DNA from: Lepidodermella squamata
Lineage: Eukaryota > Animalia > Gastrotricha
Assembly (NCBI GenBank): GCA_047495785.1
Contig: JBLDXI010000009.1
Span: 1,798,001 to 1,862,000, forward strand
Reading direction: 5' to 3'
DNA length: 64,000 nt
The notes beneath the pieces were generated by a model, which saw only the letters and a program-made list of their open reading frames with translations, was not told the DNA's origin and ran no database searches. Positions 60,637-64,000 of this stretch are shown one piece after another. The position numbers and the translations under genes are program-made. Every line of letters begins with the position of its first letter. The first letter of the stretch is position 1.

Positions 60637-62795
60637 TCAACTAAAATGATTTTAAACGCCAATTCTAAATTAAGCCAAACAAAATGTTTCATTGACACTT
60701 ATAAGCTATGGCTGAATATTACTGCACGAATTAGGAATTTGCTATGTTCCACGCTCTATGAAGCCTGTCAGCGATGTGACGAATAGATAAAATCTATTAC
60801 CTAAAATCTAAAATTCGGCGATGGGACAAAAGCTCTGGGTTCGGCTCAACATGATGAATCATAAGGGCCCAGCTCATGTCAAAGTAACACTGGCTCAGCA
60901 ACTATCTATTCCAGCAGCCCAAAACCTACACAAAATATGTATATCGCGAAAGCTTTGATTACGATGCGTTTCTCTTCAAACCAGCAGAGTTCCGGCTGGT
61001 GAGTGCCTGGCCGGTGGCCGGTGGCGATCCTTCTGAGGCTCTCAGGCTAAGGTCTAACGCCCAAGAAGCAGCCAGAGGCGGAAAAGCGTTTTGCCGCGCT
61101 CTAGAAAAAAATTACGCGCCAAATCATTTATTAATTATTCCGGAAAATATTTATATTAATTTTTATGGACATAACAATATTAGTCTAATTAGTCTTACAA
61201 GGTTAAATGAAAAAATGAGCACCAAATTGAGTTCTTTTGAACGTTCTTTTTCCGACTTGCCGAGGCTGTGAATCAGCGAGATTTCGGCATCTGCCATCTG
61301 GCATCGTAGTTTTTCAAGAGCTAGGTGCCCTCCGATAGCGTTAGAGTAAGCAGTAAGCGATGATCTTCCGCGAATACGATTGCCCGCTGTCGCCATCAAA
61401 ATTCGAAATCGTCATAGTCGCAACACCGCCTGGAGCCATGTAGTTGAATTCGCCTACTTATTCGCTTATTATTAATTTCAGGTAGCTGTCTCAGTTAAAA
61501 GCGTTATCCGTATACAATTTACAGGCTATAGGTTATTCCTAATGTAACATCCACCATCCAAAAATATCTTAATTTTAAACTCACTTCGCTTATTTGAGGT
61601 CCTAGGTCCTAGGCCTCAATATTTCAAGGTGACAGAAAGTTTTTAGAATATCGAGCTTTATCCTAGATCGAGAAACTTTTCGCTCAGGCTTTGCAAATGT
61701 TTGGGGTTGAATAGAGTGCTAGAAGTGTTTATTTAACATAAAAACTGAACGGGTATGACGCCTAAACGTGGAAAACACCAATTCAATGCTAGAAGTCTCA
61801 GAAAAGTTGTTTCACCGCACAGACCTTTATCCTAGATAGTCTAGTAATCTAGGAACTTTCTGCTACCCTGCAATATTTCTTAACTTTGTTTTTTATGGAG
61901 AATTTTTGTTCTGTTTGCGAATTGTAAACAACTAGAACTAGATCATTCATGAATTTTTTAAATATGTAGGTATCGATTATATCGGGAAATACATATTCGT
62001 GCTTGTCAAGCTTGAAGCTTGAAGCACATTTCACTCGAAATTGCACTTGAAACGATATTTGTGTTTATAGCGCAGGGAATCCTAGCCCAACTCCTGAAAC
62101 GTGAAACATTGCATAACTTTCTTATTGCGATTCTAGAGGCTTTCTCGCGAGAACGAGAGCTGAGGCATGATAGCAATTTTCTTTTAAATCACGAGCTTTA
62201 TCCCATCCAAGCGTTTTTCCCCTTAAGTGTAATCCAAGTCTTATTCAGTCTAATTCATAAGAACTTACCCTCTGCCTTTTGCGCTATCCCATTTTTCCTT
62301 GCGATGTCGATGATCAGTCATTTTAACATTTCTAGAATTGTTTGGCGCCTTTATCCTGCCTTAGCCAATCAGCTAATAGCGAGCGCTGTTAGACAGGTTG
62401 GTGACTAAGCTCGCCCTCCCCCTACCCTATATAAAGCACTAAAATAGCGAAGTTTTTATACATTTTGTTGAGAGAAAGCAGTTAACAACTCGAAGGAACG
62501 CGGTAATCTAAGAGGAAGGAAAGATTTAAAAAATGAAATCTCGACTTTCTCCGACCTTTATCCTATCATAGATGGCAGGATTAGAAAAATTTGCTACACT
62601 GAGTTGAGGCGACTGAGATCTGAGATGGAAACGTCTGATTATCAATCTGATTATCAATGATTAACCATGATTCTTATGAGTTGAAAATTGAAAATATTAC
62701 CTGAGAGATTGATTAACATACGTGCTACGTGCTCATTATTTTATTGGCATTCATTGTTTAGATACTTTATGGGTCGCTTCCACGCACCCTAATTG

Positions 62796-64000
62796 ATGGC
62801 GGATTTCTTTGATGCATTAAACGTTCTCGAAGAAGTAAATAAACATGTCGATGAGGTAATTAATTAGCGTAAGCTTCCAATGCACTTTTAATATGTTTCA
62901 CTTTTTTCAGATCGCCCCTGACGCAAATTTAAATGAGGACAACGCTGGTGACAATGATGAACCTGTGCGAAAACGATTGAAGACGGAAGAGCCTTCCGAT
63001 GTTTATACGATTACTGTTGATCCGCCACCTTTTATAACAATACCTGTGGCGGTTAAAATTGATCAGGACGATGTTCCCAAATTAGTGATTCCATCCAGCG
63101 CTCTTCGTGCTCGACTAGCTATTTCACGGCCACAAATACCAGCAGTACAGGATATAACAGAGGAGCAAGTGGATGAAGAATTAGGCGTTGCCGAAACTTA
63201 CTCGGATTACGTGCCTGCCAAACTTAACGTTGGCTATCGGCATCCAGATCCAATTGTGGAAAGCGCGTCACTCGCTAGCGTTGAAGTCCCTGATGTCTGG
63301 TATGAGTTACAAATACCAGAATCCATCATACAAAAGCGTCTGCTGTCTGGCTTACAACTTGAGGCAATCGCCTACTCGTGTCAGAGACATGAAAAGTTTC
63401 TGCCTAACGGACAACGCGCCGGTTTCTTAATTGGCGACGGCGCCGGTGTTGGCAAAGGCCGCTCTATCGCTGGGATTATTTACGAAAATTATCTCCAGGG
63501 ACGGAAACGGGCTGTTTGGTTTAGCGTCTCCAATGATCTCAAGTACGATGCGGAACGCGATTTACGTGATATCGGCGCAGATCGGGTGAAAGTCCATCTG
63601 CTGTCGAAGCTTAAATACGCGAAAATTAGTTCGTCAAACAACGGAAAGATTAAAAAGGGCGTTCTTTTCTCGACATATCTCTCGTTAATCGGCGAGAGTC
63701 AACGCCCAGGCTCAACATACGGAACTCGCCTGAAACAAATCCTGGAGTGGTGTGGTTCTGATTTCGATGGCCTTATTATTTTCGACGAGTGTCATCGCGC
63801 TAAAAATCTTATTCCTTCAGGTTCGCAAAAGCCAACGAAAACTGCGTTGACAGTGATTCAGTTGCAAGAAGCGCTTCCAAACGCTCGAATAGTGTATTCG
63901 AGCGCCACCGGGGCTGTCGAACCTCGACACCTCGCCTATATGACCCGTCTGGGCTTGTGGGGTCCCGGAACAACCTTCCCTAGTTTTATGGACTTCCTCA
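62796..64000 (+). CDS. SBNO1: Strawberry notch homologue (5' part; runs off window)
   Basis: [67 protein letters not shown]; intron 62856-62910. Confidence 0.95.

Noticed and set aside
1-64000. Many short antisense/overlapping ORFs; alternative genetic code; horizontally acquired bacterial COQ5 or GrpE
   Set aside because: The ORFs are shadows of real exons; conserved genes translate normally with standard stops; COQ5 and GrpE have introns and mitochondrial presequences.

Overview
Eukaryotic (invertebrate metazoan) genomic DNA in the standard genetic code, from a compact genome with mostly ~50-bp GT-AG introns; the species cannot be determined from the window. Gene-dense housekeeping blocks lie at 1-17.5 kb (LSM11, GCNA, TMEM245, P4-ATPase ATP11-like, ARCN1, TXNDC17, INPP5K/J-like, RPL15), 21.8-28.6 kb (receptor PTP, GrpE) and 44.8-64 kb (C-type lectin, two CYP2-clan P450s, COQ5, FLCN, BAZ1/Acf1-like, SBNO). 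Several co-oriented genes are only 45-230 bp apart, with splice acceptors just upstream of the downstream ATGs, which suggests operons resolved by trans-splicing. Two accessory regions (17.7-20.8 kb and 26.7-44.3 kb) are packed with nested MITEs, LINE fragments and a Penelope-like remnant with a degenerate hammerhead ribozyme. The most unusual object is a co-oriented two-gene module at ~33-40.2 kb that the ORF track splits. It comprises an apparently intact, spliced 819-aa protein (acidic N-terminus, three RRM-like domains, an alpha/beta domain, C-terminal GIY-YIG nuclease) and a divergent RPA70-like tandem-OB-fold gene that has been disrupted by nested transposons. All protein assignments are by motif recognition by eye; no database search was run.
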